Positions 51,529-64,000 are shown, counted from the stretch's first letter. The stretch: 64,000 bases of DNA from Blepharisma stoltei ATCC 30299 (GCA_965603825.1 CBFDEM010000035.1:372001-436000); one strand, 5' to 3'. Notes: a model not told the origin generated them from the sequence alone. Numbers and translations: made by a program.

Positions 51529-54500
51529 TTATTTTCTAGGTATAAGTCTTGATATTATCTTCATTTTTTCAAGATTCTTTTTTTCTCCAGCCAAAAAGAA
51601 CAAATAGCATCAAAAGTATAAAATAAATGAGATTAATACAAAAATTATCATCGCAATAATAATCCACTGCAATTGTCCTAAAATTACGTTTTGTGAGTCT
51701 TTATTTGCTAAATCTATTAATAAATCGTATTCTAAATCCAAAATTATTGCATCATTTGAAAACTTAAATCACATCACAAGCCAGTCACTTCGGCCGCTAT
51801 ATTCTAGATAATAAACATCTAATGGTATTATTCCTCCAGCTGAATAAATTCCATAATCTGTAATTTCTCTCAAACCTTCGGTTTTTTTATAAAATATCTC
51901 TTTAAATTCTTCAGATAGTAAAGGAGAATATTTTGAGCTTCTGATTTCTTTTTCAGAGAATTTTAAAGATTCTATAACAATATCCAGTTTATTATATGCA
52001 TCAATAAATGGATACTGTTCTGGGGTTTGATATATTAAAGAAGATGGCAATCTCGTTACTAATGCTTCACTTGTCCATACTAATAAAGTCTTATACAGCA
52101 CTTGCGAATTTATAATAGACCTCAGTAAGCTTGGCCTTAAATGTAAAAATGCAGCGCAGTTATGATACAAATAAAAATAATTTACTAAAAAGAAAATCAA
52201 TGCCAATACAAAGTAAAGCGAATTTCTTCATAAATATTTTCAGCGATTTTTGAAATTTGCGGTTTTACTGGTATGCTTGCTATCAGAAAATAAAGTGTCT
52301 GTTTTATTATGAATTACTAATAATCTTTCAAGGCAATTTATTTTAAGAGCTTCATAGTGGCCATGAGCCTGCATTTTTATTTGGTTTCAAAGGTTATTTT
52401 CTCTATTTATAAAATATTCAGCAAAAGGTACAGTAATAAAAAGACAAATAACCAAAACTCCAAAACCAGAAGATAAAAGAAGATTCATCTTTACTTCCAA
52501 ATCTTTAGTATTATTTATCTCACAGTTAGATAGATCAAATAAAGTTCTATTACAATAATGAAAAACTTGATCCATTCCATTCAAAACAAAAAATTGAAGT
52601 TCCTTACCTCCAGCTATGTGGGTATTATCTCATTTACTAATAAACATATTTCCCTAAATATCATTTACATAAAGAATAAATAATGAAATAGCATCAATTA
52701 AATTGCTATTTTCAAGGTAAACCCCGTTATCTATTTTCCATAAAGGAATATTTTCATCTGTGAAAATTTCTTTTCCTCCACAATTTTTCCAGTTTTTTAA
52801 ATCTTGTGTAATGTTTGCTTGGACTTCTTCTAAAATTTTTATGCTGTTAACTGCATGATAATAAGAAAAATCAAAATATTCTTGTGGTGCTTGAAGGGAG
52901 TATAAAGCATTGACGCCTCTAGAAAAATAGGCTAGTGCCTGTACAGATTTTTGGATTTTTGCTAATAAAATAGGGAGTTCTATGCTGCTTTCAGCTGTAA
53001 TAGCAGCTGAGGTATAGATCAGAACAATTGAATTAGCAAAAATAACAATCAAAATCTATATATTTTTTACTGCTGAAACAAAAACAATATGGAAAATGTT
53101 TATTGATCTAGATGATAAAGATACAATACGATCTATTTTATAAAATTGTGATCGAATTTGCGAGTTATGATAAGGCTCTATTTTATCATCAAAATCTGTT
53201 TTAAATACATTAGTTGACACATTTTCTTCTTTTCTCTGAGAAAAATCACAGCAAAGTTTTTGTTTTGGGGTAAACTCTTTATTAATTTTTTCAATTCTTT
53301 TATCAGTTTTTCAAGTTTCAGCTTCAATTTTATCATTGATTAGCAAAACATAATTAATTTTTAAGCCATAAAAGTCTATAATGCAATAAATCAAATATGT
53401 ACTTATGTCAGCCAGGAATAATGGTGTAAAAGCTTGTATATCAATAGTGGCTAAGCTTGGAAATAAATGCTTAATGTTACATCCTCTTAAATCTTTGGAT
53501 ATTATTTGTGCAAGTTGAGGAAAATTTTCACTGTGTGAATAAATGTCTCATTCTGAAGAAATTACAGCAAATTCTTGAGGAATATTTATTTTTTGAAAAA
53601 TAAAGAGAAAAAATAAATTGTTATGCATAGAAACTAGGGATCCTTTTACAGTGCAGTCAATAAGAAACTTGCTGGGTAATGATAAGAAGAAGTGGTCAGG
53701 AAATTTTATTGCTGCCTCTGTAGCTAATTGCAAATAATAAGGCAACTGATTTAAATAAGAATCATAAGGAGATGGGATAAAAAATGAAATTTTATTCCCT
53801 ATAATTTCACTAATAGGTAATTTCAGTATTTCTGCCGATTTTTGGTTCGCAAATGCAATTTCTCCAAAATTTTTATTTTCGCAATAAACTAGCATCACTC
53901 CATTGTTATCATCAAAAAAATTAGTGTCTTTAGATTGGCTTGACAGCTCTGATACATCATGAATACTTTGAATTTTATAGCTTAAATGTGTTGATTTATC
54001 GATATCGCATAAAATATACTTTACAAATGTATAATAAAACGTTAAAGCTTCCTTAGATTTTGGGAATTTTTCATGTAAATGTGAATAACTTTCTGTAATA
54101 GAAATTGCTGAATTTGATACTAAATCCATCATTTTATTCAATTTATTTAAATTTGGTTTTTTTGAGACAACCTCTTTCCAAAAATCTAAAAGTCTAACGC
54201 ATAAATCAGCGTCTTCCTTTTTAGTTTTATTTATTTTTTGAAAATAAACTAAAAATTTTTCACTTTCACTTGAATTAAACTCTGACACGACTTTTTTGCA
54301 AATATATTCTTGGTAGTCTCCTTCGATGCTATGGTCTGAAAATCTTGATTTGCATAACTTTATTTTTGCAAGAGCTTTATCTCCAAGAGTAAAAACACAA
54401 TAATTTACTTCCCAAATAATAAGAAGTTTATTTTTATATAGCATAGTTTCGTTAAAGCATTTCCCTAGAAGTGATAATATTTCTTCCCTTTTTTCCTGGC

Positions 54501-55620
54501 TATTTGAGCAGAAAAAATCTCTAAGACAACGCTCAAGGCCAAAAATATTTTGGATTTTTCCAAAATAAATGAGAGTTTTGGGGATATTTTTTTTCTTTGA
54601 ATATTTTATTTTATAGATAATTATTGCATCTATGATAGGCAAAATAATAATAAAGAGCAGTAGAGTTATAAATGATGCATCAATTATTTTTGCAAATATA
54701 AAAAACGAGGATATTAAGGGAATTTGCAAACATTTTATTGATGTTAAACAGTTTGTGAAAAAGTTAAAATATGGCAATTTTTCAAGTATTTCCACTGTCA
54801 AAGCCCCAAAAACAATAATTAAAATAACCTGAAAGAATACAATATTATAGCTCCCAATTGTAGTAAACAGGATAGGTATCAATATGTCAGAGAACGCTAA
54901 GTAAATATCAATTTTTGAATGGGCTTTTGCATCAATAATATGGTTTGCCATTGAATGCCTAATTTCTCCTGAGCATATCACACCTATTACCACATAAATA
55001 AAAAAGTACCCAGCAAGCCCTGCTATTATAAGGATTTGCACAAGAATATTCACTTCGAAATTCGAAATTTCATTATTTTCATAATATTCATATACATAAG
55101 TTTTTGGAAATCAGTTATATTTTAAGCATATAGTGAACAATGTAAACACAGGAATTTTAAAAACAACCGAAAAAAAATAAAGAATTTGTTTTACAATTTT
55201 CGAAATTAATGATGGAATTGGTTTTGAGTATAATATCATAATCGCCATAAGAAAAATCGCTATAATGCTAATTAAAGTAATTAAAAGTGAAGTATAAATA
55301 CAAAGATTTATAATTCCATATGCAGAGCATGCATTGTCTAGTCTCATATACCCAATAATTCTTCAAAAATCACTGTTTTCTTTTCAATTTCTTATTGTTA
55401 AGTTAGGAATTCATAAAAAACTAGACATTTGAAGGCACCAAATAGATGATTCTGTCAGCAAAAATAATTTCTGTATTGTTAGTGATTTTGGCTTTGGCTT
55501 ATACGTATAATGTAAATTTCGAGATAATTCAAAAATTGGGCTAAGTGAGAATTTTTCGCGAGGAGATTCTAATATATTTCCACCATACGATTCAAGCTTT
55601 TTCAAGTTAAAATTTTCCAT
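51529..55620 (-). CDS. TmcB-like PAS membrane protein, copy E (divergent, ~1353 aa); introns 53056-53070 and 52654-52668
   Basis: One frame with TGA=Trp. GEIRHS..AKAHSKID and FGEIAFANQKSAEILKLPISEIIGNKISFFIPSPY. Confidence 0.8.
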
Positions 55621-56344
55621 AAGTTTAATTTATATATTTATAAGATTCAATAAAATATATCACTCTTACAGTTTTGGTTATTTTATATATAAACTTTGGA
55701 GATTGCATTTTTTTTTGTATTAGTAAATTTAATAAATATTTCTATCTTTCTTTGTATTTTGAAAGCAAGGCAAAGCCAGTTTTTTTTATGCCAAAGCTAA
55801 AGAAAATGAAGAGCCAAAAAAGGATATATTTTAGTGGAAATTTCAATAAAAAGATAAGCTTAGCTCCATCTATTAATAAAATTAATTACATTCTTTAGAA
55901 TATTTGTGCAATTTATAGGACTTGGATTAATTAATTGCTTATCAAATGCAAATCAATCTTATTTATTTTTTTTGAAATTTGTTATACTTTTAAGCTTAAT
56001 AAATAAAAATAAAAAGCAAGCCTTAAATTTTATATATTTTCTTTAATTATGGATTTTATAGCTATTTTAACTTTTTCTTTAGTCACTTTTGTTTAGCATT
56101 ATCCCATCTTTTATCTTTAATAATTTGTATGTATTTTATCTCATAAATTAAATGAAATAATTTTTATAAATAATGCAGTTTAGGATTGATTAACCTCATC
56201 TATTAAATTAATTATCTTAAAATACAAATTTTAATGTTTGATTATATAGCACTAATTTTATGTTTATCTTTATACAACTTAGATTGCATCTCTTCGATAA
56301 TAATTTAAAACTAATATAAAATTAATTTCTTTAAATTTTATTTA

Positions 56345-56530
56345 CAAGTCATAAAAGCATTATCTTTGCTATTGCATTGATTTTTCCAATTTCTTCTTAT
56401 CTCTATCAAAAAAATGGCAAATAGCATCAAAAATATAAAGCTAAAGAGCTTAAACGAAGCAAGTTCATGAAATAATTACAACTCTAATTGAAATTTAATG
56501 AATTTTTGTGGATCTTTATCATTAAGCATT
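56345..56530 (-). pseudogene. Duplicated 3'-end fragment of TmcB-like copy F
   Basis: Matches ~56625-56790 (aaaaaatggcaaatagcatca..aagagcttaaa..ctaattgaaatttaa). Confidence 0.7.
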
Positions 56531-56616
56531 TGAAACATAATTATAAATATCTATTAAATTTATTAAAATATAAATAATTATTTACAAATTTCTGTTTAAA
56601 ATTTCTATCTAAAAAC

Positions 56617-59600
56617 TTATGAGGGATAATCTTTGTTATTGCTTTCATTTTTTTCAAATTCTTCTTTTCTCTACTAAAAAATGGTAAATAGCATCATAAA
56701 TATAATGAAAAAGAGCTTAAAGCGAAGCATGCCCATGAAACAATTATAAGCACTAATTGAAATTTAACAACATTTTGCGAATCCTTATCAGCTAAGTATA
56801 TCAATAAATCATACTTATTGCCAAGCTCATTTAACTGCAGCATAATGTCAAGCCAAACATTAAGAAAATCAGTCCTATGCGAGTAAACTAGTCATTACAT
56901 TCCCTGCTGATAAAAGCCCATAATCTAAGAAATTCTTAGTAAAAAACCCTCTATGAGCAAACTTAATTATTTTGCTCGCTCAATGAGAGTATAGAGTCTG
57001 GCACTTTTTCATAAAATATGGCCATAAAATCGTGAGAAAGCAGAGGTGAGTATTTTTTATCTCTTATTTGTTTAACTGAATAAGTGGCCGATTGAAATGC
57101 TTCATTAAATTTTGCTTCTAAGTTTGTAAATGGATAAGATTCTGCTAATAAAACGGTTAGAGACTGAGGAGCATTAACTACTGTCATTTCACTAGACCAA
57201 ACTATCAAAGCTTTATAAGAGACTAGGGTATTTATAACATCTCTTAATAAGCTTGGCCTTAAATGCAGCAATGAGGTACAACTTTTATACAAATACAAAA
57301 TATTTAAAAAATAAAACAAAAGCGCAATAATCAAATAAACCCCAATTCTTCATATAAATTTTCAATAATTTTTAAAATTCGATTCCAAACTTCTTTTTCC
57401 ATCATCAGAAACACTATACATTTCCCCAAAGACTTTTTCAAGCCTTTCTATGCAAGCTTCTTTAAGTTCTGGAAAGCTATTATAAGCATTTTCTTAATTA
57501 AATTCCAAAATTTATTTTCCATATTGATAGCTGATATACAAAATGGGATTATTATAATGAAACATATAAGGAGGACCCCAAATCCGATGCTTAATAAAGC
57601 ATCCATTTGTTGCTTTAAAGAGTCAATGTCTTCCATTTTGCATTCAACAAGGTTATAGAGTGAGCTGTTACAGTATCTAAAAGATTCCCAGAAGCCATTT
57701 ATACTAAAAAACTGCAGCTCTTTGATATTATCTTCATGATTAATTTGTTTTCTAATAAAGCTGTTACCTATTTTTATGAGCTCTGAAACAGTTTTTATAA
57801 TATTTGTATATTCCACATGGATTTCCCTAGTTGTACTTCATATTTTGGCAGCTTCATTAGTAAATATGCTTACAGAGCATGATTTTAATTGTATTAATGT
57901 AGATACAATGATTTCATAAATCTCTCTAATAGTGTTGCTTGTATATAATAATTTTCATAAGAAAATTCAATAATATTGCTTGGCCCATTAAGACTTTCAA
58001 TTACAGAAATTCCTCTTGCATAATGAGTGGCTGCATGGAAGATTTCTTGTAGCTTTCCCAATGTAATATATATCTATATTGCTTTCATGTATAACTTTTG
58101 CTGATATATAAAAGAACAATTAAGTTTGTGATCGCTACTGCTAACATCTAAATAAATTTTACTGATAAAACTAGAGCTATATGGAAGATTTTTATTGTAC
58201 AAGACGAAAGTTTTACTATGTCATTTTGAATAAGAGACTGTGAACGAGTGTCAGATTGTACTGAGTTTTTATCATTTTCGATATCTTTTCCGTTTATGAT
58301 GTCTTCGTAAGTATTATCAATATGCTGCGTGTCAGTTTTAAAAGCAGTTTCTTTTATAGTTAAATTTTGCCTTGAAAAAGGATTATTTTTTAGATTTTTT
58401 TGATCAGAAATAGAGCGTATAGAATTTTGGCGTTTTTGTAATTTTTCTATATTTAAAGGCTGAATTTCGTATGAATTTTTTCTCTCCATGCTTGAATTTT
58501 TGAAGAATCATTTATAAGTAAAATATAGGGAATTTTTATATGATAAAATTGTAAAATACAATAAGTTAGACATGTATCAGATTTAAATGATGGAATTTGG
58601 TAAAGCTTTAAAGGCTGCATAGTCGTATAAAGAAATTGGGAAATAACTGTGTAAAATGAAAATCTCTCAAATCAGTTCGATTCTTGGCTGCAAGTTTTGA
58701 CAATTTTACAGAGCATGCAGAAATTTGTCAGTTTTGCGATAGTAAAGCGTATTGTCTCTTGGCTGGTTTTGGTCTGAAAATCAAAATAAATCATAATTTA
58801 TCAGAAAAGCAAGCTATTGACAATTTTCCTGTGCATTCAATAATAAAATCATCAGATAATACTAGAAAAAAGCTTTCAGGTATATTAAAATCAATATCAT
58901 CTATAAGCTGCAATGAGGTGCAAATATGCTTATTAATATATTGATTATAAGGCTGCGGGATCAATTCAGAGAAATTCCTTCCTAGAATACTATCTATCGT
59001 GTATTTCAAAATTTCCAAAGATTTTGCATTTTGCAAAAATAATATTTCCAAATTTTCTTTTTCATCAGAAGCTAAAATCAGTCCATTATTTTATATAGCA
59101 GCAATAATGAAAAACCTAAGGATCAATAGCGAATTGCAAAAAAAAGAAAAATAGGGAATATAATTTATAGATTTCCATATCAAAAATAGCGAAAAAAGCA
59201 TTATTATAAGTTGATAATAAATAATATGATTTTCAGCAATTATCGTATAAAAAATTGGTAAGAAATATATAAAAATTGCTATATGAGTATCAATTCTTGA
59301 GTGCGCTTTTGCTTTAATTGTTCGTTGAGTTGCAAAATGAGGAACTTCACCTGTAAGTTCAAAGTAAAATAATATAAGAAAAAAAGAAGTAGCCATTGCA
59401 AAAAGATCAGTATTTGCAAAGCAGTGTTAATTTGAAATGATTATTTGAGTTATATTCTAATGCATTTTCCTCAGGAGAAAAATTATATTTGAGATAAATG
59501 GAAAACAAAGTCTTCGAAGGAATAAAAAGCATAATAGCCCATAAATAGGAAAATTTTTTATATAAAACAAAAATTTGTTGAGGTAAGTGAAATGATTTGT

Positions 59601-59760
59601 ATAAAAAAAAGCTGTAAGTAAGTGACCAAAAATTATACAGAAAACTGTCAAAAATGATAAGTATAGGCATTCATTAATAATGCCTAGCTTAACGCAGGTG
59701 CTATCAAATCTTAAATACTCCATGATCTCTCAAATAAAAATATTTCCACTATCCGGTAAG
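56617..59760 (-). pseudogene. TmcB-like copy F: 5'-truncated, internally deleted and frameshifted; intron 58148-58162
   Basis: YLRFDSTC and GEVPH..KAKAHSRID fall in different frames. The sequence jumps from RFFIIAAI directly to the PAS-like region near 59090, and several frameshifts follow. Confidence 0.8.
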
Positions 59761-59829
59761 CAGGTTTTATTGGCCGAAAGCGTGCAAGGTATCAAATCTG
59801 AAAGCCTTCAAAATTTTCAAGTTTGGAGT

Positions 59830-62686
59830 TTAGCATTCAGTTGTAACTTCCGATATTCAGAGCTATAATAATAAATCAAATCAGCATAATGACTTGGACA
59901 ATAATAATAAAAATTAAGATATAAGTTATACTCAGCTTTTTTCGAAATAATCAAAAAAGGAAGCTTAGAAAATTTCCTTTCATTGAGGAAGGAACCAATA
60001 TTTCATTCTATTTTAGACATTTTTGCATTCAAAATATCTATTTATTCAAGATGCTTGCAACATATAAATAGCAAAAAGCTTTTGCAAAATTTAAATGCTC
60101 TATTCTAATAAAGTAACTTCAATGAAATTTATTTAAATGAAAAGGTATAGTTTGCTTGCTTGCGTAGCTCAAACTTCAATATTGCTATTTGAAGAAAAAA
60201 ATTAATTAAAGGCCATAAGCTGTGAGTATATTAAAATACAATCTTTATAAAAATTTCCATAATTTAATATTTTCAAGCTTAAGGTTAGGCGCGATACTGC
60301 AACAAACAATTTTGTAAGCGTATAAAAGATTGAAAATCGAGCATCATTATATGACCATAGATGAGATATAATTTAATTTTAGCCTTATTGTGGCTTCAAT
60401 TCATAATTTTTAAATCCATTCACAACTTTATTTCAGGATGGTCTTTATAGAGATTTCTTTTACAAATAGATTTTATTCAGAAAGTTTTGCATTTAGCTGA
60501 GATGATAGTTAAAATAAATCAACTGAATGAAACTTATTTCTAGCTTTTCGGAATAATTAATCTAAGCTTCCATTTAAGCTATTTGTGCTACCTTAACTTA
60601 AGAGCCAAAATTGATTGATCGTTAACTTAAAAAAGCTGTTAAAAACTATAGCATGATAAAAATTCCATTGCATGAATTTCTTTACCCAACTTTTATTAAG
60701 GGTTAGGTTTTGCGCATGATTTATTTCTGATAGGAAAGAAATGGCAAAGACTATTCCGCATCTTTCATTCATTGTGTTTTACATCTTCCTATGCTTGATA
60801 CTGCAAGACCCTTAGACCAAACAGGTGCTGGAGGAAAGTGGACAAGTGAGGCGATGGTCAGGCCGCTTGAATTTTCAGAACTTCTGGGTTATTAAATAAC
60901 TTAAATGAAGCTAGAATTGAGTCAAAGATGTATAAACAGCCTAGGGTAGCGAGAAAATGCCCCTCATTGAACTGGCATTAAAGGCTAGATTATCGGATAA
61001 CCAAATTAAATTACTACCTATTTATAGCAGTGACTGAATTAATTTTTTAGTTTAGGCTAAGTCACGCTTTTAATTTTTCAATGCTCTTTAATAGATCCCA
61101 ACTTTTCATTGTCTTTTCGAAGAAGTTACTTATATTCGAAACATCAAAAATTGAAGATCTATTTTCGATGGAATGCGCTTATGCTTGCTTTTATTTGAAA
61201 TTACTAATTTTTAAAGTCTTTTTCAAATTTCATCCCTTTTTAGAGTAAGAACTGGCTGTTATATCCGTTTTTTACAATTTATTTCGATAATCCCTATTTA
61301 TTTGTACGGATATAATTAGTAAATGGCAAGCTCAACCCAACTGAAAGCATGCTTTATAATTTTCTGTCTTTCCTTTGGTATTACTGCTTATTCTCCTATA
61401 GCAAAATGGGTTTTTACCCAAAAAAATCTAGTAAATGGGAAGATCAAGGACTTATCATCTAATAGCAATGCGCCTTTCCAAAAATCACAAGGGAGCATAG
61501 CTACATCAGATGTAACTTGTAAAGGTCTTCATACCAATAATTCCGGTTCTTTCTACTATGGGACTGCAAGTGCTATTACCTCGTCCACAGTAGAGTTTGG
61601 GGTAAGCATATGATTGAGCTCGCAAGGTAAAGGAACCCCAGTTGAAATGAAAACTGGTATTAATAACGATTCAAAATATTATGTCTGATTTGAGTTTTTC
61701 TATCCCTGGACCTATATCTTTCAGGCATCTGAAGGCGGAAGCAAACAAGTTACTATTACTCGAGGTATTCTTTATATATAGGAAACTGAATATTTTTGGT
61801 ATTTTATTTTGTCAAATCTCTATCCGTTTGGACTTGGACAGTTATTTCTCCAGAGTTTTCCACTTTTAGTTTAACTGGTAGCAGCAACCCGGGGAATGTA
61901 ATTAAAATTGGACAAAATGCGGAAGCAAACTTTTATGAGATTCAATTCTTCATAAAAGCTGCTATAAATTCACATATTGTCACTTTATATGATAGCTCTG
62001 ATGCTACTTATGATGCTACAACTTCGACTTGTCTAGCTTCTTGCACAAATTATTGCCACCCCGATGTGGGATGTTTAAACTCAAATCCTTGCTCATGCCC
62101 GGCACTTTGTATATGCTCTGCAAATGATTCAGTGTGCACATCTTGCAAAGATCCAAATGGTGTTTTTGAAAATAAATGCCAATGTAAAACTAATTATGTT
62201 CTTCAAGGACTTACTTGTGTCTTAGGTAATTTTTATGCAGATTCTCCTCCCGATTGTGCATTATGGACACCAGAGAAGGTATGCACTCAATGCAATCCAA
62301 ACTTTTTCCTCTATAATAGTGGCTCTTCTACAAGCTGCTTAGGTAACTTTTATTTAGCTTGTGGCTCATGCACTTCTTGCAATGCTATTCCTACTTGCTT
62401 TAAATGTACTGATTTAATTTCTGAAGCTGAAAACTCCTGCAGAGTTGACTCAATTGGGTACAAATTTAGCTTTGCCTCTCCAAACATTATTGTTGATTTC
62501 GCCTATCCGTTGGCGAAGACTCTAAAAATCAGCAACTTAAAAGCAACAACTACGGATAGCCAGGCTATCGCGACCACTACTTGGCAAATCCACTCGCAAA
62601 CAGCAAGCCAGCTACAGATTAGAACTGATCTAACTCTAAGCCAGTTCCCAATCAAGCTTAGCTTCAGCTTTGAGCAAGACCCTTAG
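59830..62686. repeat. Segmental duplication, copy 2 (partner 43673-46640), including a kelch relic at ~59970-60260
   Basis: Collinear DNA similarity with copy 1. Confidence 0.85.
61323..62686 (+). CDS. Predicted secreted LamG-like/furin-type Cys-rich protein, copy 2 (~438 aa); introns 61765-61781 (17 nt), 62226-62240 and 62343-62357
   Basis: Paralog of the 45284 gene. The frame is restored only if GTATTCTTTATATATAG is removed. Confidence 0.75.
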
Positions 62687-62839
62687 AAGGATAATTAATT
62701 CTTCTTTCTTAGCTAGTAATAAATTAATTATAATAATTATGCATATAGATTTAAAAAATTATCGGACTGATGACATATTATTTATCAATCCTTTTATATT
62801 TGTATGCTTGTACTTACCCTTTGCACAAGTTGTTAAAAT

Positions 62840-63250
62840 CAAAAAATATTATAAGATCAATATTAGACTGCAATGATTGCTCACTAATTTTGTATAGTCA
62901 ACAATGTAAACATAGAATTTTTAAAACAACCAAAAAAAAATGAGTTTATTTACAATTTTCAAAATTAATGATGGAATTGTTTTTTAGTATAATACCATAA
63001 TCGCCATAAGAAAAATCACTATAGTGCTCATTGGAGTAATTAAAAAGTGAAAAATAAATACAATGATTTATAATTCCATATGCGGAGCATGCACTGCCTA
63101 GTCTCATATACCAATAATTCTTCAAAAATCACTGTTTTCTTTTCAATTTCTTATTGTTAATGATTTTGGATTTGGCTTATACTTATAATGTAAATTTCGA
63201 GATAATTCAAAAATTGGCTAAGTCAAAATTTTTCTCTAGGAGATTCTATA
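62840..63250 (-). pseudogene. Decayed 5' fragment of a TmcB-like gene closest to copy E
   Basis: High DNA similarity to ~55130-55570 (gagcatgcactgcctagtctcatatacc, cttcaaaaatcactgttttcttttcaatttcttattgtta) with indels and no ATG. Confidence 0.8.
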
Positions 63251-64000
63251 CAGTTTTAATAGACGGTAAAGACCAGTTTTTTAAGAGACCTTGGTGTGTC
63301 AATAGAAAAAGCACATGCTTAACCTTAAAAACTTAACTAATACTTCTGTATAAAATGACCGCATTGAGTAGGCACTAAATAAGAAATGATCAATAGATAA
63401 GACAAATTTCCACAAAATTGAATTTCGGTTCTTACTAATAATAAGAGTTACTTATTTTTATCTTCATAGCCATTGTGCTATAGCTTGAAGTTTGATTTCA
63501 TAAAGTACCATTTTATTAAAGCATGAATTAAACTAAAGTTATGCATGCTAATTCTGACCAAAGCATGAAATTTTCATGTGAAAAAACTGAACAGATTCTG
63601 ATAAAATATTTATTAAAATTTTAACAGCCTAACACCCTGAAGAAATAAGTTTAAAATATTATTCATCCCGAAATACTAAAATAGATTTATTCACATTAGA
63701 TGCTGTTAGACTATAATGGCTTATAATGACTGAAGTGAGGTATCGAAATGCGAGTCATGATAAACTTATTCAGGCTATTTCTTAATAAAACTAAAACCAA
63801 ATGAAATACTTATTATAGAATTTGGACGCCTTATTGATTGAGAGTAAGCTTCAGTAGATGGTTAGATGATAATGGCTTACACATTACTGAAGTGTGTTAA
63901 ATGAAATAATTATCATGATAAGCTGCAATTAGGGCTGCTTCTTAGTTACACTCAAGCTAAATGAAATGTTTACTGTTTAAGTAGGACATTCTAGAATGAG

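Noticed and set aside
57752-57767. A 16-nt GT..AG in copy F as a shifted intron
   Set aside because: It lacks the -6 A and translates as GNSFIR, matching the exon sequence GNMFIS in copy E.
80-63336. Short opposite-strand or off-frame ORFs in the track (e.g. 80-268, 2273-2566, 17105-17506, 33074-33391, 55674-55898, 63154-63336)
   Set aside because: They are shadows of real genes or relics, or chance AT-rich ORFs with TTG/GTG starts and no motifs.
1-64000. Mass pseudogenisation or selenocysteine recoding as the cause of the in-frame TGAs
   Set aside because: The TGAs fall at conserved Trp positions in unrelated genes and the frames are preserved, so codon reassignment explains them.
1-64000. 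Prokaryotic or organellar origin (Mycoplasma-like or mitochondrial code 4), CRISPR arrays, rRNA/tRNA genes, telomeric C4A4 tracts
   Set aside because: The genes are eukaryotic nuclear genes with GT-AG introns. I saw no repeat-spacer array, RNA gene or telomere tract by eye; tRNAscan and Infernal were not run.

Overview
AT-rich eukaryotic DNA that reads as somatic (macronuclear-type) sequence of a heterotrich ciliate, most likely Blepharisma. Two things shown directly by the sequence explain the fragmented ORF track. First, TGA encodes Trp (Rab IWDTAGQ, the SH3 Trp) while genes end only in TAA/TAG. Second, genes carry tiny GT-AG introns: I count 25, of which 22 are 15 nt, two are 16 nt and one is 17 nt. 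Re-read this way, 1-21.9 kb is a very compact block of mostly housekeeping genes: syntaxin-like SNARE, Rab, TIM17, VPS51, DOHH, a TPR protein, an SH3 protein, FAM135-like, a bromodomain-ET protein and mitochondrial ACP. It also holds a 1001-aa HEXXH protein whose tandem duplicate has decayed reciprocally. The 22-64 kb part is an accessory, birth-and-death region. It holds a tandem array of TmcB/TmcC-like multipass membrane proteins with tandem PAS-like domains (4 intact, 1 interrupted by a 108-bp direct-repeat-flanked insert, 2-3 relics). These are interleaved with a kelch-like family (1 open copy, 4 relics) and two secreted LamG-like/furin-type Cys-rich proteins inside a ~3-kb segmental duplication. 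The best leads are the putative sensor array with its divergent loops, the IES-like 108-bp insertion and 81-bp TA-bounded deletion, stop-free in-frame 15-nt introns, a 17-nt intron and a precise intron absence. All calls come from manual reading; no searches were run.
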